Shown here: one piece after another, positions 50,426-63,861 of the stretch | Layout: each line of letters opens with the position of its first letter | How positions within the stretch are numbered: position 1 is the stretch's first letter | Assembly (NCBI GenBank): GCA_051362555.1 | Contig: CM120641.1 | Coordinates: 20,274,001-20,338,000, forward strand | DNA length: 64,000 nucleotides | Direction: 5' to 3' | DNA from: Lingula anatina | Taxonomy: Eukaryota > Animalia > Brachiopoda | The notes under the pieces: generated by a model | Databases searched by the model: none | Told to the model about the DNA's origin: nothing | What the model saw: only the letters and a program-made list of their open reading frames with translations | Position numbers and translations under genes: made by a program

Positions 50426-50949
50426 AGCTTCGTTCACATGGAAAGTCTATTTTCTAAAAATCTATTTTCTATTCGCGGTATATCTTGTGATCACAGTCTG
50501 TGCCCTGAATATCCCGCGGCATAATTACTGGCAGCGCGAGCCAGTTACATCCAAAGCTGTAATTAATTCTCGGATGTGCTCGGAGGAGATTCTGATACCT
50601 TGACGCATGCGCAGTAGGAAGTTAGAAAGTTAATGCCGGTCGCGGTTGCTTTGAAAAATTTGTTTGTTGATTTTGTGCAACAACAAGACGAAGAAGATGA
50701 AGAAGCTATACACACAACAGATATGAGTGCAACCGTCATGATCCGATGGCAAGCGATGCGGCAACGGAGGATGAGATTTTATAGAATGCGAGCACATGCA
50801 GCCGAGAATTAATTACAGCTTTGTATAAGTAACTGGCTCGCGCTGCCAGTAATTACGCCGCGGGACATTCAGGGCACACACCGTGATCATTAGATACCAC
50901 GAATAGAAAATAGATTTTTAGAAAATAGACTTTCCATGTGAACGAAGCC
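50426..50949. mobile_element. Harbinger-type non-autonomous element (524 bp, ~150-bp TIRs, TTA TSD)
   Basis: TTA|AGCTTCGTTCACATGGAAAGTCTATTTTCTAAAAATCTATTTTCTATTCG ... CGAATAGAAAATAGATTTTTAGAAAATAGACTTTCCATGTGAACGAAGCC|TTA; CpG-rich relative to its flanks. Confidence 0.88.
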
Positions 50950-51876
50950 TTACTTTTCTCTATCCAGAATATCTTTCCATAAAAATGGCTAAGGCCTGTT
51001 TATGACAAATCCCAAAAATACTTGGAAAGACTAAGGGTGATTTGGCAACCTGGCTAGGTAAATATGACGAAATTTCTACCCAAAGCTGCCCATGTCTGCA
51101 CACACCTGAAGATTATTAGTATAAGAAGTGGATAGAGCTCAGGTATCCAAAAATTAACAAAAATAAATAATTCATGTTGAGCATCCTCCATATAACTAAA
51201 TAAGCAGTAGTATCAGTGATTAAGACAAATAAATATTTCAAGCTATGCACCTTCCTCTATATCTGGTATAATACTGTATCTATAAAGAGGACAAAGAAAA
51301 CTTCATGTTGAAATGCTCCATTCAAATATATATATCTAATATTTATTCATAAATTTTTAATAAAGACAAGTAATCCCATTATCTCCATGGTTTCAATATG
51401 TATTTCTAAAACCTTACCTAGATAGCAAATGTCTCAAATACAGAAAGCTTACCTGGTTAAGATTTTTTGTCAAACAGCACTTAAGATGTTCGGTATAAAA
51501 TTATCAAATTTCTTGAAATATTATTTCCATTTTTCTAATTGTTAAAATTTGGACCAATATTATAAACTACATGACCCATTCATTTAAAATAAGTTGAAGT
51601 GCAATAAATGTACGAAACCAATCAATTGATTTTAGGCAAGTGAAGAAAAGATGGGCTAGAGAACATATATTGTAAGTACCTATTGAATCCTTCCCTGTCT
51701 GATGTTAGGTGAATGTTAGAAGCTAGTTGGGGTAAAATTAACAAATTGTCCTTCTAAGTATAAACTAAAAATGGAGTCAGCAGTGGTTTGAGGACAACAT
51801 CAATGACAGAAAGATATGACTGTCTCACTTTAAAAATATGGAAACAGGAAGAATGCAAAAAATAAGTGCAATGTCT

Positions 51877-52144
51877 CTTTGTTTAAAAAATTTACTTAAG
51901 AACAATGGGAATGACCGTCTGAAAGGATAAAAGAAACACATGCGCAGGTTAACCTAGATGATATAGCTATAATCCTCAAACTATCCGGTAAGTCTTTGGA
52001 GAGAAGATTTGTCTTTCAAATTAGGTAAAGAATGACATATCCGTACTTTGTTCAAAGACTACTTAAGAACAATGACAACGTTCATCTGAAAGGATAAAAG
52101 GAACACGTGTAATGCAGACTAAACAAGATGCTACCACTAATCCT
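51877..52144 (+). repeat. Diverged ~100-bp direct repeat, offset 167 bp
   Basis: tacttaagaacaatg...tctgaaaggataaaag(a/g)aacac occurs at 51893 and 52060. Confidence 0.7.
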
Positions 52145-53439
52145 TTAAAATGATATGATAATACATGCAGCTTTCAAAAAAAAAAAATGCTGGGAGCATG
52201 TGTCAGTTGCAATGGATATAAAAGAGTGGTGGTGGATTTTTTTTTTTTTTTTTTTTTTTGGGGGGGGGAGAGGTACCTTCTTCAAAAATTCTTTACATGC
52301 AAAAATACCAAGCAAACTTAAGTAAAATCTGATAATCACTTTACAAAATCCTTCTCTGCAAAATCCTAGATTTTCCATTTAATATTTATAGGCCCCATTA
52401 AAATATTTAAAGCAGTATGTAAATCACTTTTAGATGGAAATTATACACAAAATACCACTTGCACATCCTCAACCAAATTAAAAAAACCAAGATCATTAAT
52501 ATTTCAAATTCAATGCCAAACACGAATGAAAACAATTAAAATTGCCTTTTCAACCAACAATTATGATGCAACTTTCCAAAGATGTATTTTCAAAATGAGT
52601 AACACATGGCTGCATTTGAAACTGTGGGAATATGCTAATTTGCATGCCAAAGGCAAATATGACTTTTGCTGCAAAGAACAAACTTAAATTTCAGTGCATA
52701 AGAATAATAACAGAAGGGTGGGGCATAGCACAAAACTTGCAAGAAGGCTTATACAAGAGTGGAGAGAGAGCAGAGGTAAATGCAACATTTAATGTTGTTA
52801 GGCAACATAAATAAATATCAGTGAACAAGACAATGGCTTTGTCTCTGGTAGCAAAAGTAAAAACAGAACGTGCTGTGAATGAATTGCAAGTGCAAGCCAT
52901 TTCTAAAGACATGAACACAGAAAAATGGACAAAACACCAAGTTTTGGTAAATAATGGATCCATCTTTTGTTGATACATGTTAATATTTCAGACACCATTC
53001 AGATATCATTTCAACATCAGTATGATACTTGTCATCCCTTCATATAATTCTTAAAATTATACATACAAATTTTGAAACATCAAAAGAGTCGTATTCAGTG
53101 AATCACTGAATTAAAACAGTTGTCAAGCAATATGGTGCAGAACAATGCTAAAATGGTAAATTCCACTTTACCCTTGATAATCCAAAACTAAGCAATCTTC
53201 TTATCATTTTAAAGATAGTATACTGTGCACCATGTTCAAATTTCAAGTAAAACATGAAAATTATAACAAGGCTTAACAAGTAATCTGATAATTAGTGATT
53301 TATTTTAGCAAAGCAGAGAGCATGGTCAGAGGCCTCTGTCATGTAAAGCACTTAACAATAGTTGAATAGTAAATTCAGTGTCAACTTTAATGAGGAAAGT
53401 AATCTTATAATTGGTTACAGTAAATCATGCAACACCTGT

Positions 53440-53648
53440 ATGTAAGTCTGTAGTAAAATCTATAGGCTTTCTAGCCATAGTAATCCTAATGATTGCATAA
53501 TTGGAGGATTGTTAAAACAAAATATGGCAAGCAAAATGGGTAAATCTATAGTAAAATTGTAAAATCTATACAACTAGCATTAATAATCTGAATGATTGTG
53601 TGATTTGTGAGTATATGGCATGCAATATGTGTAAATCTATAGTAAAAT
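53440..53648 (+). repeat. Degenerate tandem repeat (~95-bp unit)
   Basis: Recurrent gtaaatctatagtaaaat, atatggca.gcaa.atg and aatgattg blocks. Confidence 0.55.
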
Positions 53649-56071
53649 GGCAGGGGTTTACTGGCTTAAATATGCCCAGGTCATCTTATTATTAGTGCCG
53701 TTTTACAGTAAGTACCACTTTTATATTGGTAAAAAGTACTTAATAGAGGTACTGCCTGAACATTACTTCGTTAATCAAGCCAATATTGCCTTCTTTTCCC
53801 TCTTAATTCCTAGCATTATCAGCTCTCCTGTAATAAGGAATAATTCCATCAAAATCCTTTCTCTACATTGCCAATACACAAGAAAAGTTTACAGTATCCA
53901 TAGACATATACCATGTATTATATATGTACAATCCATAATTCTCCTGTTCAATTTTTCGAATCCTGCCCCGAAAATGAATTATGAAAAATAATGGCAGTAA
54001 AAGGGCCAGGTGTATGTACAGGTAATTATGACAGTAATGAAAACTTCGTAATTTCACCATACACTGGTTTTATTATCCACTAATGCAGCAATACAACCAA
54101 TTCATAGTAATTCCATAGTATTAAATAATATTTTGAATGAAATATTACACTAAAGGCAGACATTGTACACAAAAATGTTGAAAACTGCTACATGTTGTAT
54201 ATTTTTTAAGAAAACTAATCCCCTCATTATACCTGCAAATATCTTAGTAATATCAGAAATCAAAAGAATTATTATATAGTGTGCCTACAATGCACGTTAT
54301 AAATTTCAAATTACTGACAAATTCCATCCTCTGATAATTTTTTTCTGAGAGAGAGAGAGAGAGAGAGAGTGAGAGAGAGAAAGATGAACGAACAGATGGA
54401 ATGGAAACACCTGATTTCACCAATATCTAACCAAACTCTTATCATACGACATACTGACAGATTTAACAGTGGTCCTTTAATGAACTTGTTGTTTGTGAGA
54501 ACCCCCAATCTGTTTACACTAACAGATGGCAGCTTCTATTGGGTGTTAATTCAAACTATTACCCTATTCACACCTTTATAGCTCTGTTATTGTATTGCAT
54601 ACATAATCTACTCAACTTATTCTGTTAAGAATAATTTCAACAAAGCTTGTTATTTGAAAGCTGAGTAACAATTCTGATCTGGAACATCTGATGTCATTCA
54701 CAGGGGTCTATTATTTGCATTTTATGAATAAGTAATTTGTGTCAGGAATGTCTTTTCCTTGATTTTTTTTTTATCTCTACCATGGTTACTATAGCTAGAT
54801 ATATATATACAAATACTTTTCTAATCTTTAGGACTTTTATTCCTTTCATTAACATCCATTAATTTTACCATCAATTAAATACTTAAACAATAAATTATTA
54901 ATTATATACAAAGAAAGATGTTAAGGGGAGACAATTTTACATTTATTCGCAATGTATGTTTGCTTTCTCTCTAGCCGCACTAAGTCATGTATTGGATATT
55001 GACATGTGATTATTTGCATTCTGGCAGAGGGTACTACCACAGAATGATAAAAATGAAAAAATACAAAATAATAATTTATAGCATAGATAATGAAATGGCG
55101 TCTTACCACAACAAAACAGTCAATCTCACTGGTAGTTTCGGGATGATATTGTAGGAGTGTTGGTCCAGCCGTGTGTTTAAGTTTTTTCTAAGATGATAAG
55201 AATATTTTGGCAAAATAATGCAAAAAATGCAGTTGACGAAAGTGAAGTGGATCCACATGATGATAAATTTATTGCCAGGGACAACAAAATGACAATATTG
55301 GAAAGTGAATGATTGCGACAGAACCTCATTTATCTTGCAAAGTGGCATCATATCTCCATTACGACATTATTTTGCTCATCAATTCATTTATATTAAATAC
55401 TGCACTTCACCATACACCATTCTTATGTTACTACAATTTCCAGGCATGTATGAATTTAGGAGTGATTTTTCATTGCCGTCTTAACAATTGTTTGGGACCC
55501 AGAGTTTCAGACGACATTGGAAACTCACCTGTCTACTGCCACCACGTTTCTGCTGTTATGCAGTCACTGTCCTCTCAAAGGCTGAAATTTAGCTACTCAG
55601 TGAAAATTATTCGACTTTTTTTTGTTTTGATCCATAAGGGGCAGTTTTCCAAAACCAGCCTGACAGTCTATTGTTTATTCAGACATAAAGCTGCCCTGGC
55701 CCACATGACATACGATAACTGATTTTGAAGAAAATTCTGATCATCTTCTAAAATAGGCAGAATGACTTATTTTACCAGTGCAAAATGTGTTCTGTTTTGT
55801 TCTTTACTGCTATGAACATTTGAAAGGTTTTACCAGGCATGCACCTAAAGTTTCTTTCTACTGGAGACAGCATGAGGACACAGCTGATGTGCTATTGTCC
55901 AACATTCTTTGCTGGACAGAACAGATCTAGAAATATGCTTAGCTGGTGAATAGACAGAGAAATATGTGTGAATATCTTGTGAAAATTTGTCTCTGTAGCT
56001 CTTGGTAATTTTGGTAGACAGGACAAAATCACCATATTCCCCATACTTTAAAACTGCCATAAACATGAATA

Positions 56072-56073
<2 letters not shown>

Positions 56074-56155
<82 letters not shown>
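56074..56155 (+). repeat. Compound (AT)n(AG)n microsatellite
   Basis: Direct reading. Confidence 0.92.
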
Positions 56156-56157
<2 letters not shown>

Positions 56158-56638
56158 TAAAATTTTCATTAGCAAAATGTACAGACAAAGGCTATTAGAG
56201 AGCAATTTGTCTGCACTAAGCATTAGCAATCAATCATTTTTTTTTTCAACTGACCAACACATTATAATAACCATTCTTGTTGAAAGATTGTTTTGTCATC
56301 CACTTTCCTGTGACTGTAAATCATGAAATGAAGTCACAATATCAGAAAAAAGGATGAATCACTATATACGGGAGAAGGTGTCGAATCTTAATTTGTGGTT
56401 ACTGTCGAGCCAACCCCCCAACTCAGCATTTCAAACATCAAAGGGTAAACAATGCCAGAACTGACTTAAATGAGTGTCCACAAATACTAGTACCTCTATA
56501 TTTTATATGTAGGCCTATATTTCTCTAGAGCTCTTCTTGTTTAGTTTTGGATTATCTAAGAGATGGTGAAAGGATTTTTGGACTGAAGTTACCCTAATAT
56601 TGAGTTACGACGAAATTTTCAAGACTGACAAAATTTTC

Positions 56639-56817
56639 AAGTTTTTACCGTACTTTTCAAGCTGAATTGAAAAAAGGTGTTTTACCAAAACACTAAAACA
56701 GAGGGGGAGAAACTAAGTTACATTGTAAGTTTTTACCGTACTTTTCAAGCTGAATTGAAAAAAGTTGTTTTACCAAAACACTAAAACAGAGGGGGAGAAA
56801 CTATAATACATTGTAAG
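56639..56817 (+). repeat. Tandem duplication, 88-bp unit x2
   Basis: gtttttaccgtacttttcaagctgaattg starts at 56641 and 56729; the two units are near-identical. Confidence 0.9.
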
Positions 56818-59800
56818 CCAACCACTAAATTGGTATAATAAGAATCCAATGTCAATGGCCAGCATTGGCACTGGACAGGAAAATGCTTCAAATGTTTGCT
56901 CATCTATTCCATGGCAAAGAAAAAAAAAGATCGCAACCTGCACATTCTCTGAGGCAAAAAAACTTTCCAATATATTCTACTTATTGATCCAAGCCATGTA
57001 AAACTGATTTAATTTCACTCAGAATCTAATTCCAGATACGAAATAGCCTCAAATCAATGCTAGGTAAACAATTATCCTGATAAAGTAACTGTGTAAACAA
57101 CCAGTCTTTTTATCTACAAAGGAATATGGCACAATCGGATACTACTAGACTTAGCTGTATGCTTCCATGAGCAGCAATTGACCAATCTTCAGTCAGAGAA
57201 AGTCAGCTAATGTTAAGGAACACCTGGAAACTTACTTATGGAGAAAAAAAGATAATTTGGTTTATGAACATGCACTAAAGCATTAAAAGTAAAAGAGAGC
57301 ACATCAATATCAATCACCAATACAAAAATAAAATCAGAGCAAAAATAGAAAGCTTACCATTCCAAAATTCTTTAAGATCTTTTATTCTTTCATTTTGTCT
57401 TTTTGTCTTGTTAAGGCACATGGCTTATAATTGATCCTTTGTGCCAACATATGTGGGCTTTCTCATTAAGTCTCTGCATCCAAGACTACATATACCCATG
57501 TAATAACAACAGCTGCTGCTAAGCTTTCAAAATTAAGTTATTTTTAGCACATTACATTATTTTAAGTAAAAAAAATGAACCTTCAAAGACACTATGCTGT
57601 TTTGGGTAAAATCACCCCTTGCCAACCAACTCCACAAAATATCACATTTAATGGGAATGGATTACTCATACCTGTTAAAAGAGAAATATTCTATATGTGG
57701 GGTACACTGACTGTGCTAGTGGAGAATTTGCAGAGATCAGGGTCTTCTATTTTAATGCTCATCACCATTCCTTAAAAAAAGGTGTCAAGTCTAAATCTTG
57801 TGTCCCATTTTTCTTTTATTAATTATCGATTCCCATATAAGAAATTTAAAAAAAAAAGTTCTGATAAAATTGCCATAAAAAAGACTACACCTTTTAAAAT
57901 AAAAAAATCAATAAAATAAATAACAACCTCATGCAGTAAATACCCCCCCCCCCCCAAAAATAAAAATCAGGTAAGAAATGTGTTTTAATTGGTAAAAAAT
58001 CACATTAAAAATTAAGCAACCAAATTAGTGTAATAAGCCCCATTTTCTGATTGATGTCTCACTCCAATGACTTCATAAAGGTAGGATACTACAGCTGCGT
58101 GCTCTGTTGGACTGAGCACAGATTGAGGCAGTAACTAGATACTGGTATTGCGGGCAGGGCAGGTGGTGTGGTGACTCTACTGACGCATTCAGACCCGGCT
58201 CAGTTTTAACTGAAATTGGTCTAAATGACACTGTTATATAATACGTATCATGTTTGGATCCACAATTGGGCCCACAATTTACCTGAGGATATTAATTTCC
58301 ATGTCATGCAATCAACCAGTCTAGTGACCTCAGTTAAATTTTTTTCCGAATCTTACTTTAACCATGTGTGAACACGTACAAAGATAATAAAGAAACTTGC
58401 AAGAACAATGAGGCTTAGCTTAACTTTTGCTTTTTTACCACACTTTTTGCATATATTTGGAATAAGTAGTTTGTAAGAATTTTGAAAAAAATCTATGCAC
58501 TATATGCTTATGAAACAGGGATGAAGTTAAATTTTAGACAAAAGCAATTTGATGGAACAATTCACTTTCTTATGTTAACAATGCTTAACAGATCTAAGTG
58601 TGTATTCCTCTCTGAAAATCTGATAGAAGTACATGAACAGTCATTTTTTATTTGCTTATTTTCAATTGTTTTCCAGATTTTTAATATCTTGAGGGGAAGA
58701 TACATTATCTATTTCCCATTGATAACACCATTACAATAAGCACACAATGAAACAGAAATAAATATTTGCATCAGAACAAATCACTTTATGGGCATCACAC
58801 ACACATTCATGTTAAATTACCTAAATTCACTACTTGTGCCCCAGAGGGAGACAACACAATAGCACGCATCAAACACTGAAAAAAGTCCAACATACGGTAT
58901 CTGCCTTGCTACTACATTATTCCTCAGTAAGGTCCTCTCCAGAGACAGTATTCCTCTGAAATACAATCACTTCACAAGACAAAGAAGACAACAAAACAGA
59001 CCATATTTTTCTTACCTTTGTGCTCGGACTAGAGGAAAACTACCAGTAGCCTTCTCAAACGTGTTTCTGTTCTAAAAGTATATAACAAGTCTAGGCTTGT
59101 GCTATTTATTAGTATCTGAAAATAGGGATGATTCATAGAAAACTTTGCTACAACATATAGGATCGGACAGACGGTGAGTGGGTGAGATAGCAGCGAGGAA
59201 AAAAAATCCCCTATATCCATACCAAATACTACCAGGTAAAATTCCCTTGTTCATTGTACACCTCATAGATGAGTTATTGACCTCACACCTTTGAACTAAC
59301 AAACTCAAACGGGTTGGGTTCAAGCCAATGGTTAAAATAATTCAATAACAGAAGCTAAGAGGTATGAAGGAATTTATTTATTTTTTATTTTTTTGCAAAA
59401 TCTGAACAAAAATGAAGTTAATATTGGATTTAAATAATAAGTTATAACTATAGAAATAATGGCCAAGAAGGGGGAGTTTACTGGCAAGAGAAAAACTTCT
59501 CTCTGTCATTTCTTCTTATTTAAAACACATCTTTCATAGAAGTGTAGGTGAGTACGTGCATGTGCATGACCGAGTGCATGCATGCATGCACTTGACTGCA
59601 CATACATATGGCGTCATCACTTACGTGCATAGTGCATGTGTGCATGCATGTTACTCAATCAGTATTTCTGTTTGCATTTGTACTGTATACATGTAATGTT
59701 GCCCTTATTTACAATGTCAACCAAAAACCTTCATTAAATCAAAATTGTCTCACTTTGCAGACAAATTCATACGCATTAAACCTCATAATATCAAGAAGGA

Positions 59801-60855
59801 TCCATCATCCCTGCCTCACTTTTTAATGGACACATTCATCTATGGGTCTTTGTAGTTATATAATAGAACAATGGCTGATATTCCCCAATGGACAGATGGT
59901 GTCGGCCAGGCCTATAACTGATATTAACAGCATCAAGTACCTGATAATATTACCAACTGTCAACATAACTTGATAACACATATTACCAGCCTAATAACTC
60001 CATAACACTTACTACAGTATCGCATTAGAATCTTATCTAGCCTAGTTTGTAACTGAAACACATAAGACTTGCATAACAGCTCCATAAATGGATACAAGGT
60101 CTAACAGAATTTGTAACTGTAACCAAAAAAGAGGAATTTCTTGAAAACAATAAGCTTCCAACTTTTTTTTCATTATAACCAGCTATCATGTATGCTATGC
60201 TATTTTCAAATAAATGTCAATACCAAAAATGCTTACAAATGTGAAATATGAATTAAAAGATAAATATATCTCAGGCTGTTTTATTACGTTTCCATATACA
60301 TTACCAAAAACCCCTTTCACACCTGAAATAAAATACATTTCAAAACAATAAAACATAATATATAGTCCATTCCACATATTGAGGTTTTAGATGTATTTAC
60401 CATACTGTGACTCCCAATTATTATTATTATTTTTATTATTGTCTTTTTTCTTTTAAGGAAAAAAATTAAAAAGTACCTTAGAATTTAAATATCTTATAAA
60501 TCTGTGTCAATTTTCAAAATAAAGGAATAAAAGAAACAGTAAATACATTTTCTTAAAATAGAGAGAGAACAAGAGTGAGAGAGAGAGAGAAAGCATTTCA
60601 TGCAAAATGTATGAAATCAGTACAGTAATCCAGACAATCATAATTTCTAAGCTGATATCAGTAAAAAGCTGTTTGTGTTATTAATGGATGAGAAAAGGGC
60701 TAAACCAAGTCCCTTTTTTTTTTTTTTTTTTGGTGTCTGTAAAGTGCTTTTTTTAGGTTATTCCTGGATTTAACATGCGCGCTCCTTCTTATGAAATATT
60801 ATAAATATGCATACACTCAGGCAAGGAGACCGATTTAGACACTCCATATGCATGC

Positions 60856-60898
60856 TCTCTCTCTCTCTCGCATGCACACGCACACACACACACACACA
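60856..60898 (+). repeat. (CT)n/(CA)n microsatellite
   Basis: Direct reading. Confidence 0.8.
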
Positions 60899-63211
60899 TA
60901 TACAAACACTCTACTGTCCTTTGCTTGGCCTTATATGTCTTCTAAGTAGTGCTAAATAAACTATTATATAAAGAGTTACCATTGTATTTGTCCTTCAGCA
61001 ATCACAATGAGCATTAACACAATAGGCGTCATGTTTATGACTGATCTACCTGGACACCCGTCACTATTACACAAAGTCCCCAGCATGCACGCTGAAAGAC
61101 AATTAATTCTCCAGCATAGAATTAAAGCACTATCAGTTAGTTACGCAATATTCCTAGAGACAAAGCAGCAACCTGCAGTCTTTTTAATTAGCTCTCATAT
61201 TATTACTTCTCGATAGGAGATGTGCTGCAGATCCTTAATTAACCCACCAATAGAAGCTCTCCTGGTGATCCAAGCTGGAAAACATTGGATTGATGAAACT
61301 GGCCCTATAGGGACAATATTACAATGGCATTAACTGCAGAGAAATGACCAGTCTCATTCTGTGATGACCAGCATCTCCTGAGACCAAGTACACAGATAAA
61401 GATGTCTTTGACATTATTAAGCTCAAAATATAGATCTGCCCTCAGCATACTGCCAAATTACACAAGTTAAATTTTATCATGCTAATCAGAACACTAAATT
61501 CCTTATCTAAAATTCATTTCCAACCTAAAGCTATACAGATAGTAAAATCTACTGTATCGATAACCCCAAACAGTTACCTACAGTGTAAGCTTATTTTGTG
61601 CACTTCCTACACTGTCATTGCCTATGTTTTTTACAGATTAGTTTTTCCCCCATTTCCTCTGTATTGCCACAGATGGCTGATTGTTCCACATGATTAGCTT
61701 TATTTGCTCTTTTAAATCCTTTCAATTACTTACAAAATATTCATATGCAGGTAATATATTAATTATATGTGATAAAACTCAAGTTCACATTCAAAGTTTC
61801 CACCCAATTGCACAATTATAATTCAAGCTTTCTATACTTATTAGACTGAAAATAAAATTTGAAAATTTACACATTTCATATATTTCACTAATCCCTAACA
61901 ATGAATGTAATGATTAAGCCCACTGGTACTGCCTTGATCTACCAGCCTTCAATTGTAAATTTTTCTGAACTCCATTAATTTTTTATCTATCTATCCCTCT
62001 TTATTTGGGGAAGGAGGAAACTTTAAAAATGACACCAAATAAATGCATTTTATATGCACTTGTTTCTCCTAGTCGGATACATGCATAGCAGTGATAGTAA
62101 ATATAGCTCCTTGTGACAACTACCATATCACAACTACCTGTTTGCATTTCCAGTCATATTTTGCGGCGGCTTAACTGTGTACAGAATACAGTATGTACAA
62201 AATCAAATAGTCCTCTAGTTGAGCTGTCACAACCTGAGTGGAAATACAGCTGACAAGTGTCATATGGATATAGCTGTCCATGGGTCCATAACATACCTGG
62301 AATGAAAACAAGACTTAATTATGGTCCAAAGTTATTAACAACCCAATGGTTATGGAAAATAACGTAATGCTGTTATTGTTCAGTATTGAGTTGGTTCTAC
62401 AATGCAAATTCTTTTGGGACAGGAAACTTTTTGTGCACTAACTGCTTGTTTAATGACAATGGAAAATAATTATTTGAAAACTGGTTCAGTCCTTTGAGGT
62501 TTTGCTCTACCTAGTTCATCAATGACACTTTGTTGCCCAGGTACATTACTCTGTGATCTTAAAAACTGGTTTTGCACAAATTATAGTCCACTCTCTTCCT
62601 GGCTAAAATACCCTACCATCAGGCCTGAATAAACAATACAGTCGTACAAATTCTTGAACATTATTTCTACTGTATTTATGACCAGTTCAACCAAACAAGC
62701 AATATATAGCTTAATCTCTTAACTCAACAACTGGTCACACATCAAAATCTATAGAAAAGCTTAATTTTGGTATGTTAAATGGCTGCTTTTTTTTTTTTTT
62801 AGACATACAGTAACTCAAAAATTCAAGCTCAAACAATTATCCATTAAATGTGTACATGATTATATTTAATGAAATCCATACATGTATCTCTATCATATAT
62901 AATGGAGAAAAACATTTGACAAATTACTCGACACTCATCACAGTGGACATAATAATTTGTCAAAATCTATCACTGGGGCATTTCTCTTTCTTTAAGCAAA
63001 CTTACAGAGTACATCCATATTGCACGTAAAATCCTGGGCAAAATACTGATTTTTTTTTTTTTAATTTTGTCTTTAATTTTGTCTTTAAAAAAATGTTATG
63101 AAGTCCAATTTACGAATTGCCTCATAATTAAGTATTACCTTCAAGACATATGTAATATAATAAATTTCATAATCAGAATAAGTTACATATCTGTAAATCA
63201 AAATATACTAA

Positions 63212-63336
63212 GGCTTCATTCACATGCAATGTCTATTTTCTAATTTCTATTTTCTATTTGCGCTATCTTATGATCACGGTCTGTGCCCTGAATATCCCGC
63301 CGCGTAAATACTGGCAGCGCGAGCCAATTACTTATA
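63212..63336 (+). mobile_element. Truncated copy (single TIR) of the 50426-50949 element family
   Basis: TAA|GGCTTCATTCACATG...gtctattttctaa...tgatcacggtctgtgccctgaatatcccgc...actggcagcgcgagcca; followed by cttatagtaa micro-duplications. Confidence 0.8.
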
Positions 63337-63510
63337 GTAACTTATAGTAACTTATGAATTTATCAATTAACTTATTAATCAATCCCAAGTTGGCCAATTT
63401 CTAAATCATCCTGAAAATATGTTATCAAAATCCGCCTATAAAATTTTAGTTAGTTTTTAATATCTGCCTCACCAAAGGCAAGAACAAACCTTCCTTGGCG
63501 AAGGCCATAA

Positions 63511-63574
63511 GCCAGTAATTACATGAAGTACATGAAGTTGTGGCCAGTAATTACATAAAGTACATGAAGTTGTG
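63511..63574 (+). repeat. Tandem duplication, 32-bp unit x2
   Basis: gccagtaattacat(g/a)aagtacatgaagttgtg at 63511 and 63543. Confidence 0.85.
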
Positions 63575-63739
63575 CTCACTGATGGATCCAGTTTTGTACT
63601 ATTATTTTCTTGCTCGCTCGACAAATATGAAATAGTTAGATAGGGCAATTTCATTGAATTAGAAGAAAATTGGCTTTTTTTTAAAAAAAATCTCGTTTCG
63701 TTCTTTTCACTGTTTTTAGGAGAAGGGTGGGCCCACCAT

Positions 63740-63861
63740 GATCACCCTAGCACGAAATACATGCGTTAGCACTCTAATTTACGGTTATTGATAGCCAATA
63801 ATAGACCATCCGAAACCGTAAATTAGGAGTGCTAACGCCTGAATTTCGTGCTATGGTCATC
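63740..63861. repeat. ~120-bp imperfect palindrome / hairpin
   Basis: tagcacgaaat.ca.gcgttagcact..taatttacggtt is inverted relative to aaccgtaaattaggagtgctaacgcctgaatttcgtgcta. Confidence 0.8.

Noticed and set aside
35000-63700. Numerous 60-137 aa ORFs in the ORF track
   Set aside because: AT-rich random-like composition, often spanning microsatellites, with no recognisable domains or consistent exon chain.
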